Positions 22,501-37,500 of a stretch of 64,000 bases of DNA are shown piece by piece. Within the stretch, counting starts at the first letter, position 1. Each line of letters starts with the position of its first letter. This stretch comes from Euprymna scolopes (lineage: Eukaryota). The notes under the pieces were generated by a model that did no database searches, had not been told where the DNA came from, and was given only the letters and a program-made list of their open reading frames with translations. The DNA is taken from NCBI GenBank assembly GCA_053919585.1, contig CM132791.1; one strand, 5' to 3'. Both the position numbers and the translations under genes were made by a program.

Positions 22501-25500
22501 CTTTCATTTGGCGTATTTCGGATACTTTTCTGAACTTTTCCCTTTTCCCCTACCTTACTATTATTTTTGCGTATCTGGAAAAATTAATTCATCCCCAGGT
22601 AAGTGCCTCTTTCTCCGAAGTATAATATTCGGTCATTCACTTGTTTTGGCAAAAGTGGTCGAAGACCTGCCTAATTTTCCTCGCGAATATTTACTCTGCC
22701 GGCGACATATTAGATGAAGCGCTTTCATTTGACGTATTTCGGATACCTTTCTGAACTTTTCCCTGTTCCCCTACCTTACTATTATTTTTGCGTATCTGGA
22801 AAAATTAATTCATCCCCAGGTAAGTGCCTCTTTCTCCGAAGTATAATATTCGGTCATTCACTTGTTTTGGCAAAAGTGGTCGAAGACCTGCCTAATTTTC
22901 CTCGCGAATATTTACTCTGCCGGCGACATATTAGATGAAGCGCTTTCATTTGGCGTATTTCGGATCCTTTTCTGAATTTTTCCCTGTTCCCCTACCTTAC
23001 TATTATTTTTGCGTATCTGGAAAAATTAATTCATCCCCAGGTAAGTGCCTCTTTCTCCGAAGTATAATATTCGGTCAATCACTTGTTTTGGCAAAAGTGG
23101 TCGAAGACCTGCCTAATTTTCCTCGCGAATATTTACTCTGCCGGCGACATATTAGATGAAGCGCTTTCATTTGGCGTATTTCGGATCCTTTTCTGAACTT
23201 TTCCCTGTTCCCCTACCTTACTATTATTTTTGCGTATCTGGAAAAATTAATTCATCCCCAGGTAAGTGCCTCTTTCTCCGAAGTATAATATTCGGTCATT
23301 CACTTGTTTTGGCAAAAGTGGTCGAAGACCTGCCTAATTTTCGTCGCGAATATTTACTCTTCCGGCGACATATTAGATGAAGCGCTTTCATTTGGCGTAT
23401 TTCGGATCCTTTTCTGAACTTTTCCCTTTTCCCCTACCTTACTATTATTTTTGCGTATCTGGAAAAATTAATTCATCCCCAGGTAAGTGCCTCTTTATCC
23501 GAAGTATGATATTCGGTCATTCACTTGTTTTGGCAAAAGTGGTCGAAGACCTGCCTAATTTTCCTCGCGAATATTTACTCTGCCGGCGACATATTAGATG
23601 AAGCGCTTTCATTTGGCGTATTTCGGATACTTTTCTGAACTTTTCCCTGTTCCCCTACCTGACTATTATTTTTGCGTATCTGGAAAAATTAATTCATCCC
23701 CAGGTAAGTGCCTCTTTCTCCGAAGTATAATATTCGGTCATTCACTTGTTTTGGCAAAAGTGGTCGAAGTCCTGCCTAATTTTCCTCGCGAATATTTACT
23801 GTGCCGGCGACATATTAGATGAAGCGCTTTCATTTGACGTATTTCGGATACTTTTCTGAACTTTTCCCTGTTCCCCTACCTTACTATAATTTTTGCGTAT
23901 CTGGAAAAATTAATTCATCCCCAGGTAAGTGCCTCTTTCTCCGAAGTATAATATTCGGTCATTCACTGGTTTTGGCAAAAGTGGTCGAAGACCTGCCTAA
24001 TTTTCCTCGCGAATATTTACTCTGCCGGCGACATATTAGATGAAGCGCTTTCATTTGGCGTATTTCGGATCCTTTTCTGAACTTTTCCCTGTTCCCCTAC
24101 CTTACTATTATTTTTGCGTATCTGGAAAAATTAATTTATCCCCAGGTAAGTGCCTGTTTCTCCGAAGTATAATATTCGGTCATTCACTTGTTTTGGCAAA
24201 AGTGGTCGAAGACCTGCCTAATTTTCCTCGCGAATATTTACTCTGCCGGCGACATATTAGATGAAGCGCTTTCATTTGGCGTATTTCGGATCCTTTTCTG
24301 AACTTTTCCCTGTTCCCCTACCTTACTATTATTTTTGCGTATCTGGAAAAATAAATTCATCCCCAGGTAAGTGCCTCTTTCTCCGAAGTATAATATTCGG
24401 TCATTCACTTGTTTTGGCAAAAGTGGTCGAAGACCTGCCTAATTTTCCTCGCGAATATTTACTCTGCCGGCGACATATTAGATGAAGCGCTTTCATTTGA
24501 CGTATTTCGGATACTTTTCTGAACTTCTCCCTGTTCCCCTACCTTACTATTATTTTTGCGTATCTGGAAAAATTAATTCATCCCCAGGTAAGTGCCTCTT
24601 TCTCCGAAGTATAATATTCGGTCATTCACTTGTTTTGGCAAAAGTGGTCGAAGACCTGCCTAATTTTCCTCGCGAATATTTACTCTGCCGGCGACATATT
24701 AGATGAAGCGCTTTCATTTGGCGTATTTCGGATCCTTTTCTGAACTTTTCCCTGTTCCCCTACCTTACTATTATTTTTGCGTATCTGGAAAAATTAATTC
24801 ATCCCCAGGTAAGTGCCTCTTTCTCCGAAGTATAATATTCGGTCATTCACTTGTTTTGGCAAAAGTGGTCGAAGACCTGCCTAATTTTCCTCGCGAATAT
24901 TTACTCTGCCGGCGACATATTAGATGAAGCGCTTTCATTTGACGTATTTCGGATACCTTTCTGAACTTTTCCCTGTTCCCCTACCTTACTATTATTTTTG
25001 CGTATCTGGAAAAAATTAATTCATCCCCAGGTAAGTGCCTCTTTCTCCGAAGTATAATATTCGGTCATTCACTTGTTTTGGCAAAAGTGGTCGAAGACCT
25101 GCCTAATTTTCCTCGCGAATATTTACTCTGCCGGCGACATATTAGATGAAGCGCTTTCATTTGGCGTATTTCGGATACTTTTCTGAACTTTTCCCTTTTC
25201 CCCTACCTTACTATTATTTTTGCGTATCTGGAAAAATTAATTCATCCCCAGGTAAGTGCCTCTTTCTCCGAAGTATAATATTCGGTCATTCACTTGTTTT
25301 GGCAAAAGTGGTCGAAGACCTGCCTAATTTTCCTCGCGAATATTTACTCTGCCGGCGACATATTAGATGAAGCGCTTTCATTTGACGTATTTCGGATACC
25401 TTTCTGAACTTTTCCCTGTTCCCCTACCTTACTATTATTTTTGCGTATCTGGAAAAATTAATTCATCCCCAGGTAAGTGCCTCTTTCTCCGAAGTATAAT

Positions 25501-28500
25501 ATTCGGTCATTCACTTGTTTTGGCAAAAGTGGTCGAAGACCTGCCTAATTTTCCTCGCGAATATTTACTCTGCCGGCGACATATTAGATGAAGCGCTTTC
25601 ATTTGGCGTATTTCGGATCCTTTTCTGAATTTTTCCCTGTTCCCCTACCTTACTATTATTTTTGCGTATCTGGAAAAATTAATTCATCCCCAGGTAAGTG
25701 CCTCTTTCTCCGAAGTATAATATTCGGTCATTCACTTGTTTTGGCAAAAGTGGTCGAAGACCTGCCTAATTTTCCTCGCGAATATTTACTCTGCCGGCGA
25801 CATATTAGATGAAGCGCTTTCATTTGGCGTATTTCGGATACTTTTCTGAACTTTTCCCTGTTCCCCTACCTGACTATTATTTTTGCGTATCTGGAAAAAT
25901 TAATTCATCCCCAGGTAAGTGCCTCTTTCTCCGAAGTATAATATTCGGTCATTCACTTGTTTTGGCAAAAGTGGTCGAAGTCCTGCCTAATTTTCCTCGC
26001 GAATATTTACTGTGCCGGCGACATATTAGATGAAGCGCTTTCATTTGACGTATTTCGGATACTTTTCTGAACTTTTCCCTGTTCCCCTACCTTACTATAA
26101 TTTTTGCGTATCTGGAAAAATTAATTCATCCCCAGGTAAGTGCCTCTTTCTCCGAAGTATAATATTCGGTCAATCACTGGTTTTGGCAAAAGTGGTCGAA
26201 GACCTGCCTAATTTTCCTCGCGAATATTTACTCTGCCGGCGACATATTAGATGAAGCGCTTTCATTTGGCGTATTTCGGATCCTTTTCTGAACTTTTCCC
26301 TGTTCCCCTACCTTACTATTATTTATGCGTATCTGGAAAAATTAATTCATCCCCAGGTAAGTGCCTGTTTCTCCGAAGTATAATATTCGGTCATTCACTT
26401 GTTTTGGCAAAAGTGGTCGAAGACCTGCCTAATTTTCCTCGCGAATATTTACTCTGCCGGCGACATATTAGATGAAGCGCTTTCATTTGGCGTATTTCGG
26501 ATACTTTTATGAACTTTTCCCTGTTCCCCTACCTTACTATTATTTTTGCGTATCTGGAAAAATTAATTCATCCCCAGGTAAGTGCCTCTTTCTCCGAAGT
26601 ATAATATTCGGTCATTCACTTGTTTTGGCAAAAGTGGTCGAAGACCTGCCTAATTTTCCTCGCGAATATTTACTCTGCCGGCGACATATTAGATGAAGCG
26701 CTTTCATTTGGCGTATTTCGGATCCTTTTCTGAACTTTTCCCTGTTCCCCTTCCTTACTATTATTTTTGCGTATCTGGAAAAATTAATTCATCCCCAGGT
26801 AAGTGCCTCTTTCTCCGAAGTATAATATTCGGTCATTCACTTGTTTTGGCAAAAGTGGTCGAAGACCTGCCTAATTTTCCTCGCGAATATTTACTCTGCC
26901 GGCGACATATTAGATGAAGCGCTTTCATTTGGCGTATTTCGGATACTTTTCTGAACTTTTCCCTGTTCCCCTACCTTACTATTATTTTTGCGTATCTGGA
27001 AAAATTAATTCATCCCCAGGTAAGTGCCTCTTTCTCCGAAGTATAATATTCGGTCATTCACTTGTTTTGGCAAAAGTGGTCGAAGACCTGCCTAATTTTC
27101 CTCGCGAATATTTACTCTGCCGGCGACATATTAGATGAAGCGCTTTCATTTGGCGTATTTCGGATACTTTTCTGAACTTTTCCCTGTTCCCCTACCTTAC
27201 TATTATTTTTGCGTATCTGGAAAAATTAATTCATCCCCAGGTAAGTGCCTCTTTCTCCGAAGTATAATATTCGGTCATTCACTTGTTTTGGCAAAAGTGG
27301 TCGAAGACCTGCCTAATTTTCCTCGCGAATATTTACTCTGCCGGCGACATATTAGATGAAGCGCTTTCATTTGGCGTATTTCGGATACTTTTCTGAACTT
27401 TTCCGTGTTCCCCTACCTTACTATTATTTTTGCGTATCTGGAAAAATTAATTCATCCCCAGGTAAGTGCCTCTTTCTCCGAAGTATAATATTCGGTCATT
27501 CACTTGTTTTGGCAAAAGTGGTCGAAGACCTGCCTAATTTTCCTCGCGAATATTTACTCTGCCGGCGACATATTAGATGAAGCGCTTTCATTTGGCGTAT
27601 TTCGGATCCTTTTCTGAACTTTTCCCTGTTCCCCTACCTTACTATTATTTTTGCGTATCTGGAAAAATTAATTCATCCCCAGGTAAGTGCCTCTTTCTCC
27701 GAAGTATAATATTCGGTCATTCACTTGTTTTGGCAAAAGTGGTCGAAGACCTGCCTAATTTTCCTCGCGAATATTTACTCTGCCGGCGACATATTTGATG
27801 AAGCGCTTTCATTTGGCGTATTTCGGATACTTTTCTGAACTTTTCCCTGTTCCCCTACCTTACTATTATTTTTGCGTATCTGGAAAAATTAATTCATCCC
27901 CAGGTAAGTGCCTCTTTCTCCGAAGTATAATATTCGGTCATTCACTTGTTTTGGCAAAAGTGGTCGAAGACCTGCCTAATTTTCCTCGCGAATATTTACT
28001 CTGCCGGCGACATATTAGATGAAGCGCTTTCATTTGGCGTATTTCGGATACTTTTCTGAACTTTTCCCGGTTCCCCTACCTTACTATTATTTTTGCGTAT
28101 CTGGAAAAATTAATTCATCCCCAGGTAAGTGCCTCTTTCTCCGAAGTATAATATTCGGTCATTCACTTGTTTTGGAAAAAGTTGTCGAAGACCTGCCTAA
28201 TTTTCCTCGCGAATATTTACTCTGCCGGCGACATATTAGATGAAGCGCTTTCATTTGGCGTATTTCGGATACTTTTCTGAACTTTTCCCTGTTCCCCTAC
28301 CTTACTATTATTTTTGCGTATCTGGAAAAAGTAATTCATCCCCAGGTAAGTGCCTCTTTCTCCGAAGTATAATATTCGCTCATTCACTTGTTTTGGCAAA
28401 AGTGGTCGAAGACCTGCCTAATTTTCCTCGCGAATATTTACTCTGCCGGCGACATATTAGATGAAGCGCTTTCATTTGGCGTATTTCGGATACTTTTCTG

Positions 28501-31500
28501 AACTTTTCCCTGTTCCCCTACCTTACTATTATTTTTGCGTATCTGGAAAAATTAATTCATCCCCAAGTAAGTGCCTCTTTCTCCGAAGTATAATATTCGG
28601 TCATTCACTTGTTTTGGAAAAAGTGGTCGAAGACCTGCCTAATTTTCCTCGCGAATATTTACTCTGCCGGCGACATATTAGATGAAGCGCTTTCATTTGG
28701 CGTATTTCGGACACTTTTCTGAACTTTTCCCTGTTCCCCTACTTTACTATTATTTTTGCGTATCTGGAAAAATTAATTCATCCCCAGGTAAGTGCCTCTT
28801 TCTCCGAAGTATAATATTCGGTCATTCACTTGTTTTGGCAAAAGTGGTCGAAGACCTGCCTAATTTTCCTCGCGAATATTTACTCTGCCGGCGACATATT
28901 AGATGAAGCGCTTTCATTTGGCGTATTTCGGATCCTTTTCTGAACTTTTCCCTGTTCCCCTACCTTACTATTATTTTTGCGTATCTGGAAAAATTAATTC
29001 ATCCCCAGGTAAGTGCCTCTTTCTCCGAAGTATAATATTCGGTCATTCACTTGTTTTGGCAAAAGTGGTCGAAGACCTGCCTAATTTTCCTCGCGAATAT
29101 TTACTCTGCCGGCGACATATTAGATGAAGCGCTTTCATTTGGCGTATTTCGGATCCTTTTCTGAACTTTTCCCTGTTCCCCTACCTTACTATTATTTTTG
29201 CGTATCTGGAAAAATTAATTCATCCCCAGGTAAGTGCCTCTTTCTCCGAAGTATAATATTCGGTCATTCACTTGTTTTGGCAAAAGTGGTCGAAGACCTG
29301 CCTAATTTTCCTCGCGAATATTTACTCTGCCGGCGACATATTAGATGAAGCGCTTTCATTTGGCGTATTTCGGATACTTTTCTGAACTTTTCCCTGTTCC
29401 CCTACCTGACTATTATTTTTGCGTATCTGGAAAAATTAATTCATCCCCAGGTAAGTGCCTCTTTCTCCGAAGTATAATATTCGGTCATTCACTTGTTTTG
29501 GCAAAAGTGGTCGAAGTCCTGCCTAATTTTCCTCGCGAATATTTACTGTGACGGCGACATATTAGATGAAGCGCTTTCATTTGACGTATTTCGGATACTT
29601 TTCTGAACTTTTCCCTGTTCCCCTACCTTACTATAATTTTTGCGTATCTGGAAAAATTAATTCATCCCCAGGTAAGTGCCTCTTTCTCCGAAGTATAATA
29701 TTCGGTCATTCACTGGTTTTGGCAAAAGTGGTCGAAGACCTGCCTAATTTTCCTCGCGAATATTTACTCTGCCGGCGACATATTAGATGAAGCGCTTTCA
29801 TTTGGCGTATTTCGGATCCTTTTCTGAACTTTTCCCTGTTCCCCTACCTTACTATTATTTTTGCGTATCTGGAAAAATTAATTCATCCCCAGGTAAGTGC
29901 CTCTTTCTCCGAAGTATAATATTCGGTCATTCACTTGTTTTGGCAAAAGTGGTCGAAGACCTGCCTAATTTTCCTCGCGAATATTTACTCTGCCAACGAC
30001 ATATTAGATGAAGCGCTTTCATTTGGCGTATTTCGGATACTTTTCTGAACTTTTCCGTGTTCCCCTACCTTACTATTATTTTTGCGTATCTGGAAAAAGT
30101 AATTCATCCCCAGGTAAGTGCCTCTTTCTCCGAAGTATAATATTCGGTCATTCACTTGTTTTGGCAAAAGTGGTCGAAGACCTGCCTAATTTTCCTCGCG
30201 AATATTTACTCTGCCGGCAACATATTAGATGAAGCGCTTTCATTTGACGTATTTCGGATACTTTTCTGAACTTCTCCCTGTTCCCCTACCTTACTATTAT
30301 TTTTGCGTATCTGGAAAAATTAATTCATCCCCAGGTAAGTGCCTCTTTCTCCGAAGTATAATATTTGGTCATTCACTTGTTTTGGCAAAAGTGGTCGAAG
30401 ACCTGCCTAATTTTCCTCGCGAATATTTACTCTGCCGGCGACATATTAGATGAAGCGCTTTCATTTGGCGTATTTCGGATCCTTTTCTGAACTTTTCCCT
30501 GTTCCCCTACCTTACTATTATTTTTGCGTATCTGGAAAAATTAATTCATCCCCAGGTAAGTGCCTCTTTCTCCGAAGTATAATATTCGGTCATTCACTTG
30601 TTTTGGCAAAAGTGGTCGAAGACCTGCCTAATTTTCCTCGCGAATATTTACTCTGCCGGCGACATATTAGATGAAGCGCTTTCATTTGGCGTATTTCGGA
30701 TACTTTTCTGAACTTTTCCCTGTTCCCCTACCTTACTATTATTTTTGCGTATCTGGAAAAATTAATTCATCCCCAGGTAAGTGCCTCTTTCTCCGAAGTA
30801 TAATATTCGGTCATTCACTTGTTTTGGCAAAAGTGGTCGAAGACCTGCCTAATTTTCCTCGCGAATATTTACTCTGCCGGCGACATATTAGATGAAGCGC
30901 TTTCATTTGGCGTATTTTGGATACTTTTCTGAACTTTTCCCTGTTCCCCTACCTTACTATTATTTTTGCGTATCTGGAAAAATTAATTCATCCCCAGGTA
31001 AGTGCCTCTTTCTCCGAAGTATAATATTCGCTCATTCACTTGTTTTGGCAAAAGTGGTCGAAGACCTGCCTAATTTTCCTCGCGAATATTTACTCTGCCG
31101 GCGACATATTAGATGAAGCGCTTTCATTTGGCGTATTTCGGATACTTTTATGAACTTTTCCCTGTTCCCCTACCTGACTATTATTTTTGCGTATCTGGAA
31201 AAATTAATTCATCCCCAGGTAAGTGCCTCTTTCTCCGAAGTATAATATTCGGTCATTCACTTGTTTTGGCAAAAGTGGTCGAAGTCCTGCCTAATTTTCC
31301 TCGCGAATATTTACTCTGCCGGCGACATATTAGATGAAGCGCTTTCATTTGACGTATTTCGGATACTTTTCTGAACTTTTCCCTGTTCCCCTACCTTACT
31401 ATAATTTTTGCGTATCTGGAAAAATTAATTCATCCCCAGGTAAGTGCCTCTTTCTCCGAAGTATAATATTCGGTCATTCACTTGTTTTGGCAAAAGTGGT

Positions 31501-34500
31501 CGAAGACCTGCCTAATTTTCCTCGCGAATATTTACTCTGCCGGCGACATATTAGATGAAGCGCTTTCATTTGGCGTATTTCGGATCCTTTTCTGAACTTT
31601 TCCCTGTTCCCCTACCTTACTATTATTTTTGCGTATCTGGAAAAATTAATTCATCCCCAGGTAAGTGCCTCTTTCTCCGAAGTATAATATTCGGTCATTC
31701 ACTTGTTTTGGCAAAAGTGGTCGAAGACCTGCCTAATTTTCCTCGCGAATATTTACTCTGCCGGCGACATATTAGATGAAGCGCTTTCATTTGGCGTATT
31801 TCGGATACTTTTCTGAACTTTTCCCGGTTCCCCTACCTTACTATTATTTTTGCGTATCTGGAAAAATTAATTCATCCCCAGGTAAGTGCCTCTTTCTCCG
31901 AAGTATAATATTCGGTCATTCACTTGTTTTGGAAAAAGTTGTCGAAGACCTGCCTAATTTTCCTCGCGAATATTTACTCTGCCGGCGACATATTAGATGA
32001 AGCGCTTTCATTTGGCGTATTTCGGATACTTTTCTGAACTTTTCCCTGTTCCCCTACCTTACTATTATTTTTGCGTATCTGGAAAAAGTAATTCATCCCC
32101 AGGTAAGTGCCTCTTTCTCCGAAGTATAATATTCGCTCATTCACTTGTTTTGGCAAAAGTGGTCGAAGACCTGCCTAATTTTCCTCGCGAATATTTACTC
32201 TGCCGGCGACATATTAGATGAAGCGCTTTCATTTGGCGTATTTCGGATACTTTTCTGAACTTTTCCCTGTTCCCCTACCTTACTATTATTTTTGCGTATC
32301 TGGAAAAATTAATTCATCCCCAGGTAAGTGCCTCTTTCTCCGAAGTATAATATTCGGTCATTCACTTGTTTTGGAAAAAGTGGTCGAAGACCTGCCTAAT
32401 TTTCCTCGCGAATATTTACTCTGCCGGCGACATATTAGATGAAGCGCTTTCATTTGGCGTATTTCGGACACTTTTCTGAACTTTTCCCTGTTCCCCTACC
32501 TTACTATTATTTTTGCGTATCTGGAAAAATTAATTCATCCCCAGGTAAGTGCCTCTTTCTCCGAAGTATAATATTCGGTCATTCACTTGTTTTGGCAAAA
32601 GTGGTCGAAGACCTGCCTAATTTTCCTCGCGAATATTTACTCTGCCGGCGACATATTAGATGAAGCGCTTTCATTTGGCGTATTTCGGATCCTTTTCTGA
32701 ACTTTTCCCTGTTCCCCTACCTTACTATTATTTTTGCGTATCTGGAAAAATTAATTCATCCCCAGGTAAGTGCCTCTTTCTCCGAAGTATAATATTCGGT
32801 CATTCACTTGTTTTGGCAAAAGTGGTCGAAGACCTGCCTAATTTTCCTCGCGAATATTTACTCTGCCGGCGACATATTAGATGAAGCGCTTTCATTTGGC
32901 GTATTTCGGATCCTTTTCTGAACTTTTCCCTTTTCCCCTACCTTACTATTATTTTTGCGTATCTGGAAAAATTAATTCATCCCCAGGTAAGTGCCTCTTT
33001 CTCCGAAGTATAATATTCGGTCATTCACTTGTTTTGGCAAAAGTGGTCGAAGACCTGCCTAATTTTCCTCGCGAATATTTACTCTGCCGGCGACATATTA
33101 GATGAAGCGCTTTCATTTGGCGTATTTCGGATACTTTTCTGAACTTTTCCCTGTTCCCCTACCTGACTATTATTTTTGCGTATCTGGAAAAATTAATTCA
33201 TCCCCAGGTAAGTGCCTCTTTCTCCGAAGTATAATATTCGGTCATTCACTTGTTTTGGCAAAAGTGGTCGAAGTCCTGCCTAATTTTCCTCGCGAATATT
33301 TACTGTGACGGCGACATATTAGATGAAGCGCTTTCATTTGACGTATTTCGGATACTTTTCTGAACTTTTCCCTGTTCCCCTACCTTACTATAATTTTTGC
33401 GTATCTGGAAAAATTAATTCATCCCCAGGTAAGTGCCTCTTTCTCCGAAGTATAATATTCGGTCATTCACTGGTTTTGGCAAAAGTGGTCGAAGACCTGC
33501 CTAATTTTCCTCGCGAATATTTACTCTGCCGGCGACATATTAGATGAAGCGCTTTCATTTGGCGTATTTCGGATCCTTTTCTGAACTTTTCCCTGTTCCC
33601 CTACCTTACTATTATTTTTGCGTATCTGGAAAAATTAATTCATCCCCAGGTAAGTGCCTCTTTCTCCGAAGTATAATATTCGGTCATTCACTTGTTTTGG
33701 CAAAAGTGGTCGAAGACCTGCCTAATTTTCCTCGCGAATATTTACTCTGCCGGCGACATATTAGATGAAGCGCTTTCATTTGGCGTATTTCGGATACTTT
33801 TCTGAACTTTTCCCTGTTCCCCTACCTTACTATTATTTTTGCGTATCTGGAAAAAGTAATTCATCCCCAGGTAAGTGCCTCTTTCTCCGAAGTATAATAT
33901 TCGGTCATTCACTTGTTTTGGCAAAAGTGGTCGAAGACCTGCCTAATTTTCCTCGCGAATATTTACTCTGCCGGCGACATATTAGATGAAGCGCTTTCAT
34001 TTGGCGTATTTCGGATCCTTTTCTGAACTTTTCCCTGTTCCCCTACCTTACTATTATTTTTGCGTATCTGGAAAAATTAATTCATCCCCAGGTAAGTGCC
34101 TCTTTCTCCGAAGTATAATATTCGGTCATTCACTTGTTTTGGCAAAAGTGGTCGAAGACCTGCCTAATTTTCCTCGCGAATATTTACTCTGCCGGCGACA
34201 TATTAGATGAAGCGCTTTCATTTGGCGTATTTCGGATACTTTTCTGAACTTTTCCCGGTTCCCCTACCTTACTATTATTTTTGCGTATCTGGAAAAATTA
34301 ATTCATCCCCAGGTAAGTGCCTCTTTCTCCGAAGTATAATATTCGGTCATTCACTTGTTTTGGAAAAAGTTGTCGAAGACCTGCCTAATTTTCCTCGCGA
34401 ATATTTACTCTGCCGGCGACATATTAGATGAAGCGCTTTCATTTGGCGTATTTCGGATACTTTTCTGAACTTTTCCCTGTTCCCCTACCTTACTATTATT

Positions 34501-37500
34501 TTTGCGTATCTGGAAAAAGTAATTCATCCCCAGGTAAGTGCCTCTTTCTCCGAAGTATAATATTCGCTCATTCACTTGTTTTGGCAAAAGTGGTCGAAGA
34601 CCTGCCTAATTTTCCTCGCGAATATTTACTCTGCCGGCGACATATTAGATGAAGCGCTTTCATTTGGCGTATTTCGGATACTTTTCTGAACTTTTCCCTG
34701 TTCCCCTACCTTACTATTATTTTTGCGTATCTGGAAAAATTAATTCATCCCCAGGTAAGTGCCTCTTTCTCCGAAGTATAATATTCGGTCATTCACTTGT
34801 TTTGGAAAAAGTGGTCGAAGACCTGCCTAATTTTCCTCGCGAATATTTACTCTGCCGGCGACATATTAGATGAAGCGCTTTCATTTGGCGTATTTCGGAC
34901 ACTTTTCTGAACTTTTCCCTGTTCCCCTACCTTACTATTATTTTTGCGTATCTGGAAAAATTAATTCATCCCCAGGTAAGTGCCTCTTTCTCCGAAGTAT
35001 AATATTCGGTCATTCACTTGTTTTGGCAAAAGTGGTCGAAGACCTGCCTAATTTTCCTCGCGAATATTTACTCTGCCGGCGACATATTAGATGAAGCGCT
35101 TTCATTTGGCGTATTTCGGATCCTTTTCTGAACTTTTCCCTGTTCCCCTACCTTACTATTATTTTTGCGTATCTGGAAAAATTAATTCATCCCCAGGTAA
35201 GTGCCTCTTTCTCCGAAGTATAATATTCGGTCATTCACTTGTTTTGGCAAAAGTGGTCGAAGACCTGCCTAATTTTCCTCGCGAATATTTACTCTGCCGG
35301 CGACATATTAGATGAAGCGCTTTCATTTGGCGTATTTCGGATCCTTTTCTGAACTTTTCCCTTTTCCCCTACCTTACTATTATTTTTGCGTATCTGGAAA
35401 AATTAATTCATCCCCAGGTAAGTGCCTCTTTCTCCGAAGTATAATATTCGGTCATTCACTTGTTTTGGCAAAAGTGGTCGAAGACCTGCCTAATTTTCCT
35501 CGCGAATATTTACTCTGCCGGCGACATATTAGATGAAGCGCTTTCATTTGGCGTATTTCGGATACTTTTCTGAACTTTTCCCTGTTCCCCTACCTGACTA
35601 TTATTTTTGCGTATCTGGAAAAATTAATTCATCCCCAGGTAAGTGCCTCTTTCTCCGAAGTATAATATTCGGTCATTCACTTGTTTTGGCAAAAGTGGTC
35701 GAAGTCCTGCCTAATTTTCCTCGCGAATATTTACTGTGACGGCGACATATTAGATGAAGCGCTTTCATTTGACGTATTTCGGATACTTTTCTGAACTTTT
35801 CCCTGTTCCCCTACCTTACTATAATTTTTGCGTATCTGGAAAAATTAATTCATCCCCAGGTAAGTGCCTCTTTCTCCGAAGTATAATATTCGGTCATTCA
35901 CTGGTTTTGGCAAAAGTGGTCGAAGACCTGCCTAATTTTCCTCGCGAATATTTACTCTGCCGGCGACATATTAGATGAAGCGCTTTCATTTGGCGTATTT
36001 CGGATCCTTTTCTGAACTTTTCCCTGTTCCCCTACCTTACTATTATTTTTGCGTATCTGGAAAAATTAATTCATCCCCAGGTAAGTGCCTCTTTCTCCGA
36101 AGTATAATATTCGGTCATTCACTTGTTTTGGCAAAAGTGGTCGAAGACCTGCCTAATTTTCCTCGCGAATATTTACTCTGCCGGCGACATATTAGATGAA
36201 GCGCTTTCATTTGGCGTATTTCGGATACTTTTCTGAACTTTTCCCTGTTCCCCTACCTTACTATTATTTTTGCGTATCTGGAAAAAGTAATTCATCCCCA
36301 GGTAAGTGCCTCTTTCTCCGAAGTATAATATTCGGTCATTCACTTGTTTTGGCAAAAGTGGTCGAAGACCTGCCTAATTTTCCTCGCGAATATTTACTCT
36401 GCCGGCAACATATTAGATGAAGCGCTTTCATTTGACGTATTTCGGATACTTTTCTGAACTTCTCCCTGTTCCCCTACCTTACTATTATTTTTGCGTATCT
36501 GGAAAAATTAATTCATCCCCAGGTAAGTGCCTCTTTCTCCGAAGTATAATATTCGGTCATTCACTTGTTTTGGCAAAAGTGGTCGAAGACCTGCCTAATT
36601 TTCCTCGCGAATATTTACTCTGCCGGCGACATATTAGATGAAGCGCTTTCATTTGGCGTATTTCGGATCCTTTTCTGAACTTTTCCCTGTTCCCCTACCT
36701 TACTATTATTTTTGCGTATCTGGAAAAATTAATTCATCCCCAGGTAAGTGCCTCTTTCTCCGAAGTATAATATTCGGTCATTCACTTGTTTTGGCAAAAG
36801 TGGTCGAAGACCTGCCTAATTTTCCTCGCGAATATTTACTCTGCCGGCGACATATTAGATGAAGCGCTTTCATTTGGCGTATTTCGGATACTTTTCTGAA
36901 CTTTTCCCTGTTCCCCTACCTTACTATTATTTTTGCGTATCTGGAAAAATTAATTCATCCCCAGGTAAGTGCCTCTTTCTCCGAAGTATAATATTCGGTC
37001 ATTCACTTGTTTTGGCAAAAGTGGTCGAAGACCTGCCTAATTTTCCTCGCGAATATTTACTCTGCCGGCGACATATTAGATGAAGCGCTTTCATTTAGCG
37101 TATTTTGGATACTTTTCTGAACTTTTCCCTGTTCCCCTACCTTACTATTATTTTTGCGTATCTGGAAAAATTAATTCATCCCCAGGTAAGTGCCTCTTTC
37201 TCCGAAGTATAATATTCGCTCATTCACTTGTTTTGGCAAAAGTGGTCGAAGACCTGCCTAATTTTCCTCGCGAATATTTACTCTGCCGGCGACATATTAG
37301 ATGAAGCGCTTTCATTTGGCGTATTTCGGATACTTTTATGAACTTTTCCCTGTTCCCCTACCTGACTATTATTTTTGCGTATCTGGAAAAATTAATTCAT
37401 CCCCAGGTAAGTGCCTCTTTCTCCGAAGTATAATATTCGGTCATTCACTTGTTTTGGCAAAAGTGGTCGAAGTCCTGCCTAATTTTCCTCGCGAATATTT

